Positions 20,001 through 27,875 of a stretch of DNA of 64,000 bases are shown here, piece by piece. The stretch covers positions 96,001 to 160,000 of the IMG/VR virus record IMGVR_UViG_3300025150_000002; one strand, written 5' to 3'. The translations under genes and the position numbers were made by a program. The notes under the pieces were generated by a model, which worked only from the letters and a program-made list of their open reading frames with translations, did no database searches and was not told where the DNA came from. The stretch is from a virus. Lineage: Duplodnaviria; Caudoviricetes. How positions within the stretch are numbered: position 1 is the first letter of the stretch; every line of letters begins with the position of its first letter.

Positions 20001-21417
20001 CATCGGTCACCACCTCGAACATCAGGTCTGGGCCCTTGTTGAACAGGTTCAACACTCGCCCCTCCCGACCCTCATGGGTGATGATCATAACATCAGTTCC
20101 TGCAAACCGACCAAGTTCTGAGATTCTGACTGAACGACGGAAGTTCTCTCCTCTCAATCGGATAGAGAGCTTTGATGTCCCAGAAATGCAGCTGAGGCGA
20201 CCAATGACGGTCCCCGTCTGTCTAAACCGAGCGTAGATCCGACCCTTGTTGTCTGGATCGTTGGCGAGCGAAATCAACTTCTTGCAGAAGCTGCTGTCGA
20301 TAACGCTGAGCGAACGATACTTCAGCAGCTTGCCGACCAGTGGAAACTGATCCTTGCGGTGTTTGATGGCCTTGTCGCCGGTACCGTACTGTTCGAGCTC
20401 CTCGTTGTAGTCGACACCTTTGGTGGGTAGCCCCAGCCCACCCTTCTCTGGCGGGTTGTAGAGGAAGTCGGACACCTGCTTAGGCGAGCGCAGATTGGGG
20501 ACCCAGCCAACAGTCTCCTTGAACTCGTTCAGGATCTCCTGCTGCTCTTTGTTGATCCGCTCCTGAACAGTGACCAGCCACTCCCAATCAATAAAGCAAC
20601 CAGTGATCTCCATCTCCATGAGGATCCGCTGGATCTTCATCTCGATCTTCCAGTAGATCTTCTCCAGGTCGGAGTAGACGCCGGGCGTGTCGTCTAGTGG
20701 TGAGCACCACTCGCCCTTGTGCTTGCGCGGAGGGTCCTGCTTCCGCATGGAGTTTATGGCCCATTTCCAGAGCCGATAGGTCCAGGCACAGTCGTCGGCA
20801 GCGTAAACGCCCAGAGGCTTCTTGTTCGCGAAGCCGAAGGTGGCTTGGCCCCCAAAGGCTTCACTGTAGGTGGTCATCTTGTGGCCGAAGACCTGATCGA
20901 CTCGTGGCTTCAGACCATAGCGCCTCAGCCGTTCGTCCGCGATGTAGTCCGCGAGCATGCTGTCAGCGATGACGTTGTTGACGATCAACGGCTCGTCGAG
21001 ACCGCTCTTTAGGTAGAGGAAGGCGTCGTCGAAGATACCGTTGTGGCGGACCGCAATGATGTGCTTGAGGTCCCACAACTCTCGAAGCTGAAGCATGGTG
21101 GAGCGCTGATCAACCGGTTCACGAAGCGCACGCACTTCGCCATCAACCGTGTGCTCCATCGTTCCGTCCGTAAACGGAAACCAGGCGCGAACTGGTCGCT
21201 GCGATGGATTCTTTTCGTTTGGGACGTAGAAGGCTACACCCTCTATACGATCCTTACGGGGCGACAGCCCTGTTGTTTCCAGGTCGTATGAAAAGACGCC
21301 TTCTTCTTCGGCGCGCTCAATCAGATACGGGACGGAGACATCGCAAGTATCGGTAGGGTCCCAGGAGTTACCTTCTTGGTTGGGCTTAACTTTAGCTTTG
21401 GACCTAGCCACCAACAC
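14032..21417 (-). CDS. polA: family A DNA polymerase precursor with four inteins
   Basis: 3'-5' exo YDLETTGL; spliced motifs IGRLS|SADPVNLMN, DADY|SQMELR (A), AKN|SNFGLLY (B), VSG|SCQDLIK, QVHDEL (C); about 741 aa after splicing. Confidence 0.95.
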   Translation of the reverse strand: MLVARSKAKVKPNQEGNSWDPTDTCDVSVPYLIERAEEEGVFSYDLETTGLSPRKDRIEGVAFYVPNEKNPSQRPVRAWFPFTDGTMEHTVDGEVRALREPVDQRSTMLQLRELWDLKHIIAVRHNGIFDDAFLYLKSGLDEPLIVNNVIADSMLADYIADERLRRYGLKPRVDQVFGHKMTTYSEAFGGQATFGFANKKPLGVYAADDCAWTYRLWKWAINSMRKQDPPRKHKGEWCSPLDDTPGVYSDLEKIYWKIEMKIQRILMEMEITGCFIDWEWLVTVQERINKEQQEILNEFKETVGWVPNLRSPKQVSDFLYNPPEKGGLGLPTKGVDYNEELEQYGTGDKAIKHRKDQFPLVGKLLKYRSLSVIDSSFCKKLISLANDPDNKGRIYARFRQTGTVIGRLSCISGTSKLSIRLRGENFRRSVRISELGRFAGTDVMIITHEGREGRVLNLFNKGPDLMFEVVTDDGNRIRCTRDHRFLTNNGWRDLKDLERGDRLLRAEVCETKAARQATTLGARSTLVHQGLRRGPEAGLQEGQVVRAVGWDQLDLQGSVRMGVPRTVSGEPYQAPGLGGHPSRRADMGSPRSLEGIHTLEGVVQEDLRRQQSDARAGQGSLRRISSGPDQGGQDLQAVLRRPGSEARQAPERIQEERGGVLPQESFGDRGVQGSVGGRDRRSAWGGGIHCPDGHATSRDFSAHSRNDVLDQQAHGYRVQSSCGAMSTSIEAVDRPGQGVCLPGRGVSETDVSSECGQAERIVHAGSDRARGDREVPSNLFCQSSGDETLTSFDGGWNPASASVLFLQELASGLRLARKETTGRGRWRVSPEVREDQGQGSSEGEEGEGTWLPSGEVHYEADRQGPPYGDQENRVRTWARVTSITPVSVEDVWDITVEGDHSYLAQGFVNHNSADPVNLMNQPRDKDLIRKAFCAHLENDYDEERSQLCLIDADYCLVAGTPIVTVNGVMPIEEVAATETPVLSSADGRSLEIRPVVAGGKVGIAPCVELVLEDGSSVICTEDHKWMTYGGRLVETKYLNPGDRLAHVRETQLGRYKMWAVRGVAAFQHIVLAEHFHGERPEGHDADHINGDTFDNRGANLRWLPSRENRGQGAQRWWDAATLSQRRRKKQQLVEGQRKNRRSYKADGNPNHGNLKGAVTNCASCGSAFYQPPSADGKFCSRACYHKSRENGCDLTCARCGVVYYRSDGKKTRFCSRECFTSGKPGTKACLTCNQDFLPTKSAARFCGRSCANRGRAKSDNHRIVSITPVGSREVWQITVEGTHTYVLENGLVSGQSQMELRMAAHLANELNMIEVFLNTGHCRNKDGAACDRYLNWSCNECGHTWQPEGWLPDTDSNPALCPGCGLSNIEHQKRCRHVDLHQRTAEDVQVKRNPLAKNCVTADAMLLTEHGLLEMGEVVTEPDRFKKRIGIMSDDGQIRYTDSTWSPGVRSVVDVNLEYGIKLTATPDHEFFVMRGGKVERVMAADLRPDDPCLIMTGRDVHGKDVALPSIDVVGGNALKDIDLPTEMTPEVARFFGYFVSEGRMVTDESRGYYQMPFGFGDCSVEMVEDFIGCWRLVVNDRTITEHHPLDKEATHYTVASKKLNLWMAHLGFKSCSGEKDIPRCVRSAPWSLKREFFRALFEGDGTVKAVGKARNSFAIVYTSKSEKLIRQIHAEMMNIDILGFIHSEMRPTLKGEQPYWCWTVRRQRDIERFAERVGFVSTEKSDKLLEAMAPQSADYANRFLDGVEVLLESIYDKTKRKRKDKLREVIRRKKSPVRFGDTRLELLEDVLPDEIKAYRDAGIWTAKVRSVTDAGEAPVFDVYEPERTAMICNSVAVLDSNFGLLYRMGAPKFCIYAGLFDEDGNPQIGYGQRLIELWHQAYPGIASWHERTINQLVKDNYIAYNIARRRRRLDTDWQKNDYVAGTKAIQFRVSGCVTPSTPVLTEQGYVSIEDLATDRLPIFDGEKFTSDYDVIDSGVKDVFKVTLSSGRTITCSADHRFATMDGLRMVWTKTSELDSGDMLATHDVLAAGGDDDHGASVDDAYLVGALIGDGYYGSSQGFTLAASARDPGWPESLEESVLRSQGETARKKLRWGLRNTNRGGKVRDLVCNSSRARSNLMILGLDCVSKQAKRIPKWAYTASPELRGAVLAGLIDTDGSVLSYKQKTYTSLTINYSSRVRELVEGAWKLASSLGIDCAIRELDVARTGKKRGMTKQYRLDVSYRGFQAFNRWVPLRHPRKAATLAGALQLIATRAPRRELPRSFVSAVAELASRAPALASRQGSSTAFDDRRMRRRIQTYIGHARTGNAGENMIEAVLDYIDEPGPKEVLGYGWDKVVSVEHVGSSPTYDIEIHGDNHAYIAAGFFTHNSCQDLIKLAMIKLYDARNDKVANSRPAESKLWAKFRFMIQVHDELIFQGPRAMKEELCGLVKTSMESVATGMRVPFTADARAGRTWDELH
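14305..15609 (-). mobile_element. PolA intein 4 with LAGLIDADG (435 aa)
   Basis: CVTPST...CSADHRF...LVGALIGDG / LAGLIDTDG...FFTHN/S. Confidence 0.93.
15898..17223 (-). mobile_element. PolA intein 3 with LAGLIDADG, C-terminal Asp (442 aa)
   Basis: CVTADA...ATPDHEF...FFGYFVSEG / FFRALFEGDG...NSVAVLD/S in motif B. Confidence 0.88.
17533..18555 (-). mobile_element. PolA intein 2 with HNH, C-terminal Gln (341 aa)
   Basis: CLVAGT...CTEDHKW...DHINGDTFDNRGANL...three CxxC..FCSRxC repeats...ENGLVSGQ/S in motif A. Confidence 0.9.
18685..20190 (-). mobile_element. PolA intein 1 (502 aa); endonuclease region is non-protein-like filler in this frame
   Basis: CISGTS...CTRDHRF...VWDITVEGDHSYLAQGFVNHN/S. 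Confidence 0.92.
18729..20003 (-). CDS. Vsr/DUF559-like PD-(D/E)xK endonuclease with HTH, nested in the +1 frame of PolA intein 1
   Basis: WQADFAWPEKKLLVEVDGEFH...RDRRK...LGYRVVRFT; HTH LSAVEIADQLGVGESIV. Real start uncertain (19952 or 19892). Confidence 0.85.
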   Translation of the reverse strand: MTEIESDAQGTTDSSPTMGGVISRTSNEGTGCFEPRYVRLRRPVRQRRWVLDRPSFIRVYAEDPRPVYKKAKLYGLSDGISLTCKAVYGWEFPELFRGNPTKLPDLEDILPDEPTWVRRDRSKGFILSKASFKRIFVDSNLTQEQAKVAFGVSHQALIRAVKTYKQFSDDLAVKHGRLLSASKRNEEAFFPKNLLETEVSRGLSAVEIADQLGVGESIVLMDMRHHGISAHTHGTMSWISRLTDTEYKALAALCPQVSKLSTDPAKAFASLVEAYQRLMSLASAVKQSGSFMQALIERGEIEKSHLTFSANRREMRLSRALTAAGIPHRRLFCFFKNWQADFAWPEKKLLVEVDGEFHRKCEKTKARDRRKAKKAKELGYRVVRFTTKQIDKALPTVIKRIASELGHELPASLQSASKMSGTSP

Positions 21418-21454
21418 CTCCCGGCTCTAGCTCTTTTACCCGACTCGGCTACAA

Positions 21455-21490
21455 ACAGAAACAGCGCGGCATAAGCCGCGCTGTTTCTGT
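21455..21490. terminator. 16-bp perfect inverted repeat between ssb and polA
   Basis: ACAGAAACAGCGCGGC-ATAA-GCCGCGCTGTTTCTGT. Confidence 0.7.
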
Positions 21491-21506
21491 CGTAAAAGGC
21501 CGAGAC

Positions 21507-22376
21507 TTAGTAGTTGATCTCGGCCTCAGAGGCCGCGCCGGCTGCGCTGGCAACGGCGGCGCTCGCGTCACCCGAGTCGTCGTCATCACCGCCCTTGATA
21601 GCGGAGCCATCGCTGCGAATGTCCTCAGCGACCTTGGTCAGCTGAGCGTGGCTCTTCGGCTTGAGCACGATGTCGTAGTTGATCGGCTGGATGAACCGCT
21701 CGACCGGCATGCCGTACTCGGCGGCCCGCTTCTCGAACTCAGCCTTCATCTGCTCGTCGTCGAGCTTCTGCGTGAAGTACCAGACGTCGCCGATCCGAGG
21801 CGAGTCCTTGTACGAGACGACCTCACGCCCATCCTTCATCTCCTTCAGCGGCTCGGAACGAGTGACCTCGAAGAGCGAACCACGGAACCCCTGAGCACGA
21901 TCACCGTTGGCGTTCATGCGCTGAGTCCAGGTGTTGGTGATCAGGATCAGCCGACGTAGATCGGTGTAGGTCACCGAGCTCTTCTTGCCGTCCTTGGTCC
22001 GCTCGAAGGTGTACTTGTTCCGGTCGATGCCGGTCAACACGACGTACCAGCTCGGATCCTTGTTCAGAACCTCACAGACAGGGCAGGGACGCGGATCCGC
22101 AGCCGTCTTCGGGCACACGACGATGTTGTCCTTCGTGCCACGGAGGTTGAACATGTGGATGTTGACGCTGTAGGCGTCATCGGTACTGGCGATGTCGTCC
22201 AGTGTGAGGATCGGCTGATTCTTGGTGCCAGGCCGGAGCTTCAGCGCCTTGACCTGCTTCAGCTGGGGTCCATTGCTCCCCGTGATGGATTCGGACAGGT
22301 AGTAGAGCGCCTGTTCGTTGTTGCCTCGACCACCACCACGCTTCGGTGGTGGACCTCCTGCTCCACGATGTGCCAT
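21507..22376 (-). CDS. single-stranded DNA-binding protein, gp32-like
   Basis: HxF..VVCP...CPVCE zinc motif, acidic low-complexity C-tail, located upstream of polA. Confidence 0.65.
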   Translation of the reverse strand: MAHRGAGGPPPKRGGGRGNNEQALYYLSESITGSNGPQLKQVKALKLRPGTKNQPILTLDDIASTDDAYSVNIHMFNLRGTKDNIVVCPKTAADPRPCPVCEVLNKDPSWYVVLTGIDRNKYTFERTKDGKKSSVTYTDLRRLILITNTWTQRMNANGDRAQGFRGSLFEVTRSEPLKEMKDGREVVSYKDSPRIGDVWYFTQKLDDEQMKAEFEKRAAEYGMPVERFIQPINYDIVLKPKSHAQLTKVAEDIRSDGSAIKGGDDDDSGDASAAVASAAGAASEAEINY

Positions 22377-22455
22377 GATGATCTTATCCTTTCTGCCTGT
22401 CCCTCTGGGACCTCGGCTGGTTTACCGGCATCAAAACGACATCGGCTGATCAGGG

Positions 22456-24117
22456 TTATACCCGAATAACCTGACGCTCTTGCAGGACTTTCTTTAGCAG
22501 GTCGTAGAACGTAGAGAGGAGCCCACTTACGTCCTGTACAACCACGGTGTTATCGTAGAAGCGCTTCACATCATCACCCCCAACGCCAATACCGAAAACG
22601 GTGATTCCAGCAGACTCGATTCGGCTAATCGAAGTTCGAAGATGAGCGGCCAGAACCTCATTGTTCTCTGGTTCTGAAGCCGGTGTCCCGTCTGAGAACA
22701 CCATGAGAACGGGTCGATCGCCGTGGTTGGGCTTGGAGAGCATTCGCTTTGCGGCCCACAACACAGCCTCACCATCAATGTTCTCGGAGCAATGCTCGAA
22801 GAGCGCAAGTGATAGAAAGTTCGCTCGACAGCTTCGGAACGGCCTGTTGTACGGCTTGATGACTAGGTGACTGAGTGCTCGCAGCCGATCAAACTCGGGC
22901 GCCGGAGCAGGAGTCCGCTTGGACGTCGTGAACGCGAGCACCTCGTTGGGGACCCCAATGGCGTCCAAGGTGGATGAGACAGCGGCGGCAGCCTGGGCCG
23001 CAACAAACAACCTGGTTCGGAAGACCAGCGGTTCTCCTGGAGTGGCCGGGTCTCGTGCTGGCCTCGTCATAGACGCCGAACAGTCAACGAGGATCGTCAC
23101 AATGGACCGATTGGACAATGTCGGTCGGCTTCTTTTGTGAATCCGGTCATCGCCAACCCCGTACCGCCACAACCTTCGGTCGTCTAGCCGTCCTCGGCGC
23201 TGAAACCGCTCAACACCGAGCCCAGTAGACCGGAATTGCATCATCAGACGACGACGAAGAATTGGTGCCGTCTTCCGAACCCCATCGAAGAACACCCCAT
23301 ATAGATTGTCGATGGGGAATGATGGCCGGCGAATCATGTCCGATCTGTCTTTATCTGTCTTAGCCCGGTAGGAGCCCGGCGTCTCACCTCGGCTGATCTG
23401 TTGTATGGACTGCTTACGCTCGGTGGCCGGGCTCACGACGAACTCGTCGAGCTCCCTGGCCGCCGCGTTTTCGATAGCTTCCCGTGACTTAGCCCGAGAC
23501 TTCTTGATCGGCTCCCAGCACCAGGTGTCTGCGACTTGTTTCGCAATCTTGACCACATCCATCGTCGATTTAGTGGCTTGAGCCGCCGTCGCGATCTCAC
23601 CGATCTCATCAAAGTAGGAGGATAGGTCTCCTCCCAGTTGTGTAATAGCGTCGGCCGGGTTGTAGCCATAGGCTACGAGGCTCAGGGCGCACAGCGCGCG
23701 CGACCGCCTGTTTAGCTCATCGTCCGACTTGTTCTCGGCAATCCGGGCCACCGCTCGACGATTCGATCGTTCGAGGTTCTCCCCACAACCAAGCCACTCG
23801 TTGCTGACGAGCCGCTCGATGCGCCCATCCTCGATAGCGTCAACTATCTTGCGGACCAGCTTGCGCTTGACCGACGAAAGTGCGCCCGGATCGGTATGCA
23901 GGATGTGCCCCAGCTCGTGATCGCAATCACTGCGCAGGTCCTCGATCGCTTCATCAGATAGCTGATCTGGAACGGGCCGCAAGTGAATGACCCTGTTAGT
24001 CAGGTCAGCCCACGGGGCGTCGGCATCGAATAAAACGGTTACATCAGTCCCGGACAACGTAGACGCAACAACCTCCTGCGCCGACATTAGGTGACCAGGA
24101 TTGATCGCGCGGTTCAC
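22456..24117 (-). CDS. CobT-like VWA protein
   Basis: N-terminal HELGH, GRLDDRRL, MIDAS ILVDCSASM, VFSDGTP; GTG start overlaps the RNase H stop. Confidence 0.85.
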   Translation of the reverse strand: MNRAINPGHLMSAQEVVASTLSGTDVTVLFDADAPWADLTNRVIHLRPVPDQLSDEAIEDLRSDCDHELGHILHTDPGALSSVKRKLVRKIVDAIEDGRIERLVSNEWLGCGENLERSNRRAVARIAENKSDDELNRRSRALCALSLVAYGYNPADAITQLGGDLSSYFDEIGEIATAAQATKSTMDVVKIAKQVADTWCWEPIKKSRAKSREAIENAAARELDEFVVSPATERKQSIQQISRGETPGSYRAKTDKDRSDMIRRPSFPIDNLYGVFFDGVRKTAPILRRRLMMQFRSTGLGVERFQRRGRLDDRRLWRYGVGDDRIHKRSRPTLSNRSIVTILVDCSASMTRPARDPATPGEPLVFRTRLFVAAQAAAAVSSTLDAIGVPNEVLAFTTSKRTPAPAPEFDRLRALSHLVIKPYNRPFRSCRANFLSLALFEHCSENIDGEAVLWAAKRMLSKPNHGDRPVLMVFSDGTPASEPENNEVLAAHLRTSISRIESAGITVFGIGVGGDDVKRFYDNTVVVQDVSGLLSTFYDLLKKVLQERQVIRV

Positions 24118-24668
24118 CAGGTGTCCTCGTCCCCCCAGAAATCCCAATCGACCGTTGTGTGTACCGTCTTCTGGTTGTTACAGAGCTGGTCTGCCTCGTT
24201 GTTGTAAGTGGTGAAGTCGGAGTGATCCTTCTGGTGACCGCCGTGATGGATAAACTTGATCGATGTGAACTTCCGCTCATCGATGACCCGCCGAATCTCA
24301 GCAAGTGCGTCGGCTACATTATCGCTGTTCACGCGCCAGGCACCGGCCAGCCACGCTCCTGTGCCGATGTAGTCGTGGACTACGACAAGCGGGCGCTCTG
24401 GGTTCACGACGCTCAGCCCGATCAGCAGCGACCAAAGTTCGGGTCCGATGTTCGCGCTCTTCGCGTCACGGTGCTCAGCGATACGCGTGATCGTCTTGGC
24501 GAACGGGTCAAGGATCACCGCCGCATGCCAGCCGCTGGAGCTTCCGTCGATGAACATCCAGATGTTCGAGTGATCGAGCTTGCGATCCGCACGGAGCCGA
24601 AGCCAGTTTGTCTTGTATTTGACCTTCGCGGCCTTTTCGCTAGTGGTCTCTACGAACTTGATGATCAT
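24114..24668 (-). CDS. ribonuclease HI-like protein
   Basis: FIDGSSS, GPELWSL, VVHDYIG, GHQ...YNNEADQLC. Confidence 0.82.
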   Translation of the reverse strand: MIIKFVETTSEKAAKVKYKTNWLRLRADRKLDHSNIWMFIDGSSSGWHAAVILDPFAKTITRIAEHRDAKSANIGPELWSLLIGLSVVNPERPLVVVHDYIGTGAWLAGAWRVNSDNVADALAEIRRVIDERKFTSIKFIHHGGHQKDHSDFTTYNNEADQLCNNQKTVHTTVDWDFWGDEDTW

Positions 24669-24760
24669 TCTGGGCCGCCGAGGTCTTTGAGCTTCCTCTT
24701 GATCGCCTGCTTCTTGGCAGCGCTCAGCCGGTCGATGAACAGGGTGCCGTCGAACATCAT
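24665..24760 (-). pseudogene. orphan duplicate of the peptide deformylase C-terminus (31 codons)
   Basis: MMFDGTLFIDRLSAAKKQAIKRKLKDLGGPE* versus def HLMGTLFIDRLSPARKHAIKGKLRRL. Confidence 0.85.
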
Positions 24761-25383
24761 CTGGCCTCTTTTACCCGTCGAATGGCGTCACCGATGATCA
24801 GCATCTCATCAGGGGTGAATCGGTCACCCCTGGCGATGTTGCATTCAACACAACAACTAACTACATTATCCGATTCGTAACCACGCTTGTTATCTAGGCG
24901 ATCGAGGCCGATGCCGGCTTCCACATTGTTCGTCAACTTGCAGTAGTAGCACGGCGCTTGAACCAGCTCTTCGTATAGGTCTCGCTTCAATGCCCACTTT
25001 CTACCGGACCGCTGAGCGTTAGCTCTGACATAGTTAAATCGTCCACCACCACGCTTTGTCTTAGCAGCGGACTTTCTCTGCGACTCGCGTCGAGCTTCAG
25101 CGGACGCTTCCAGATAGTAGGAACCCTTTTCACTCTTGAGGTATCGCACTACCCCTCGTTTGTTTCTTTCGAGGTGATCCTTACACCTTGTCTTTCCCTC
25201 GACAGCAGCGGTATTACAGTCGTAGCAGATGCCTGATGCCCGACGTGCTCCTCGCGCGTCGACGTAGCGTTTGTGATAGGCGCGATGGTAGTCAAGGTGC
25301 TCTTGGCACCGTGCGTATCCGGAAACAGGTGGGCTTGTACAGTCCCTGCAGCGCTTCCGTCTACTCGTTCTTCCCTTCGCCAT
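24757..25383 (-). CDS. HNH homing endonuclease
   Basis: CYYC...GIGLDRLDNKRGYESDNVVSCCVECN; N-terminal CxxC..C..H repeats. Confidence 0.85.
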   Translation of the reverse strand: MAKGRTSRRKRCRDCTSPPVSGYARCQEHLDYHRAYHKRYVDARGARRASGICYDCNTAAVEGKTRCKDHLERNKRGVVRYLKSEKGSYYLEASAEARRESQRKSAAKTKRGGGRFNYVRANAQRSGRKWALKRDLYEELVQAPCYYCKLTNNVEAGIGLDRLDNKRGYESDNVVSCCVECNIARGDRFTPDEMLIIGDAIRRVKEAR

Positions 25384-25912
25384 GCTTTCTCCTCAGTCTG
25401 CGCAGCTTGCCTTTGATGGCATGCTTTCGAGCTGGAGAGAGCCTATCGATAAAGAGTGTACCCATCAAGTGATCGTATTCGTGCAGAAAGCACCGAGCGG
25501 GTAGCCCATCAAGCGAAAATTCGTTTGTCTCTCCGTCCGTGTTCATGCAGCGGATCTTGATTTCCCTTGGACGAACCACCTTTCCGGATATGCCCGGCAC
25601 CGAGAGACATGCCTCGTAGGCCTCGTTCGTGGACTTAGACCTTTCGATGATCTCAGGGTTCAGAAAAATCAGTCCGTCTCGTCTTTGACCGGAGAGGTTT
25701 ATTGCCAAGACCCGAGCGTGCCACGCAACCTGTGGCGCAGCCAGCCCAATACCTTTGGCCTCGTGCATGAGGTCCATAAGCGCGAGGCACTTTCGCCGGA
25801 TGTCGTCTGTTATCTCCGTTACGGGCTGGGACTTGATCCTCAGGCGCCTATCTGGGTAAGTGAGGATCTCCCACTCGTTACCACCCACAGCTGGGTCGCT
25901 CGTGTCGGTCAT
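25361..25912 (-). CDS. def: peptide deformylase
   Basis: GIGLAAPQV, EACLSV, HEYDHL motifs. Confidence 0.96.
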   Translation of the reverse strand: MTDTSDPAVGGNEWEILTYPDRRLRIKSQPVTEITDDIRRKCLALMDLMHEAKGIGLAAPQVAWHARVLAINLSGQRRDGLIFLNPEIIERSKSTNEAYEACLSVPGISGKVVRPREIKIRCMNTDGETNEFSLDGLPARCFLHEYDHLMGTLFIDRLSPARKHAIKGKLRRLRRKHGEGKNE

Positions 25913-27105
25913 TGCTTCCTTGCCGATGTGCCGTAGATCCGGTTCACGAAATCATCGATGTTCTGGAGATCCGAACTCGTCGCTCGGTTCTGAACCGCAA
26001 ACCTCCAGGCATCCTCAGGAGTAAACCCGGCCGCCACGTTGGAAGCAACGGCCAGAGTACGGCGCATTGTCATGCAGAGCATGATCTTGTCGTTAGCGAA
26101 CGCTCGTCGCAGCTCCGTGGCCGCCTTGATTATCAAGGCGGCTTTAGCCTTGGGCAGGCCTGTTCGCCTACACAGGATGAGCTGCTCGGTCTCGTGCGGG
26201 AGGTAGTCGACCTTGATGTAGTTCGGCCAACGATCGAGGAAGGCCTCGTCCTGGAACGCCCGGCCGTGGTGGATACCACGATCATCGCCACGTCCCTCGG
26301 TGTTCTGTGTTCCTACAGCTCGGAAGTTCCTATGAGGTACGATCACGCCCTCATACCCCATTCGAGCGATCCGCATGTCCTTACGGTCCAGGGCCCGATA
26401 GAGGGAGTAGCATGCCTCTGCTGGGGCCGCGTCAACTTCGTCGAGGAGAAGCCCGTAGCCCTTGCCGACAGCCTCGGCGCAGGATGATGGGGTGAACACC
26501 GTATTGCCATCGACCAGATCGATGGCCCCCTCGAAATCGTCGGCGGACATCGAAGGAGTGCAGGAGACGATCTCCAGTCGTTGATCCCTCTTAGAAAAGA
26601 GACGTTCGACAGCCTCGGTTTTCCCAGACCCAGAGGGTCCTATCAGGAGAACCGGTAACCCGCGCGCCACGAACGATTCCATATGGGGAAACCATTCCGG
26701 CTCTACATAGAAGCTCGGATCAACGACCCCTTCAGTCTCGGCGGGTAAAGCGCCAGGGATGGGCGAGAACGTCTGCCGATTGAGCGAGCCGTCTGCGGCA
26801 ACGTAGAACGCGACCCCGCGCCGGGCCGCAGCCCTCACGAAGTATGGATGAATGATCAGTCCGGCCAGATCGGCAATCGAGAGGAGCCGAACAGCATCCT
26901 CAGGAGAGATCGTGGACTTTCCATGATTGAGCAGCTTCGAGACGAGCTCGTTGCAGTGATCCGGGTCCAGTACGGACTCCGCGTTCCTGCGAACAAGTTC
27001 GTTGAGCACGCCGAACGGTGATGTGGCGAGACCAGCTAGACCCTCAGAGTCAGCCGTAAGCTGCTCCAGCAGATTGGTCGCCGGTCGTGCTCGGCTCTTA
27101 GACAT
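25909..27105 (-). CDS. CobS/MoxR-like AAA+ ATPase
   Basis: GPSGSGKT, LLLDEVD, GTQNT, AFLDRW; putative partner of the CobT-like VWA protein. Confidence 0.88.
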   Translation of the reverse strand: MSKSRARPATNLLEQLTADSEGLAGLATSPFGVLNELVRRNAESVLDPDHCNELVSKLLNHGKSTISPEDAVRLLSIADLAGLIIHPYFVRAAARRGVAFYVAADGSLNRQTFSPIPGALPAETEGVVDPSFYVEPEWFPHMESFVARGLPVLLIGPSGSGKTEAVERLFSKRDQRLEIVSCTPSMSADDFEGAIDLVDGNTVFTPSSCAEAVGKGYGLLLDEVDAAPAEACYSLYRALDRKDMRIARMGYEGVIVPHRNFRAVGTQNTEGRGDDRGIHHGRAFQDEAFLDRWPNYIKVDYLPHETEQLILCRRTGLPKAKAALIIKAATELRRAFANDKIMLCMTMRRTLAVASNVAAGFTPEDAWRFAVQNRATSSDLQNIDDFVNRIYGTSARKQ

Positions 27106-27178
27106 TCAATTCTCCGTACAGCTCATCCGCCGTAACTACTTATACCTGTAGCTGCAATCGATAGTTACGCTCGTAGGC

Positions 27179-27856
27179 ATGGGAAGGCGCAAGCGGCCGA
27201 TCTTCGAATTCACCATCTTGGATGCGATCCGACTCGCTGTATTGCCGGAAAAACACAGAACTTCCGCAATGGCCGCCCTGCTGATAACCATCGAAATCGA
27301 CATCCCTGTTCCGGTGGTGGGAGCGCGGCAGCTGGCCGCCTTTCTCACAACGACGCTCGACGATGCGAACGAGATGGTCTTGGACATCCTCGCAGAAGTC
27401 AGGCGTCAGCTCGACATCAGGATGGACCGTGCAGACAGCAGACTCCGGCTGAAAGCGGCGCTGGCCATGGGGTCTCAGGTTTCGGTTGCAGAGCGTGTCA
27501 ACAAGATAGGACCGCGCATTTTCGGACCATCGGACACCTGGACATCAATCGGTCGCGTATCGTCTAAGGTTGAAAGACCAACCTTCAATTGGATGCATCG
27601 GGTGAACCACTGCTTGGTAGCAGGAGTCGATGCCTCCATAGGTGCCGACTTGGTTACCGGTTTCGTCTACATGGCTCACCGAGGGGGCCCGTGTAGATTC
27701 GGCCGGCTGCCTCGTCAGGTGAAAACCATAGATGAACTGTGTCTCGTGCTCGGGCTTCACCCTCGACTGCTGGGGACGAAGCAAGTCAGGGTCGATTGGG
27801 CGCACCGGGCGTTCATCGTCGCCGAAACTAACCGTCTGCCGTGGGTTTATCCTTAG
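27179..27856 (+). CDS. hypothetical protein
   Basis: 225-aa ORF heading a plus-strand cluster. Confidence 0.6.
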   Translation: MGRRKRPIFEFTILDAIRLAVLPEKHRTSAMAALLITIEIDIPVPVVGARQLAAFLTTTLDDANEMVLDILAEVRRQLDIRMDRADSRLRLKAALAMGSQVSVAERVNKIGPRIFGPSDTWTSIGRVSSKVERPTFNWMHRVNHCLVAGVDASIGADLVTGFVYMAHRGGPCRFGRLPRQVKTIDELCLVLGLHPRLLGTKQVRVDWAHRAFIVAETNRLPWVYP

Positions 27857-27875
27857 GGTATAACTGGAAGACAGT

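Noticed and set aside
24757-25383. HNH insertions at def, dNK and tdk as group I introns
   Set aside because: No room for a ribozyme core around the ORFs, and the host genes are already complete without splicing because of the duplicated termini.
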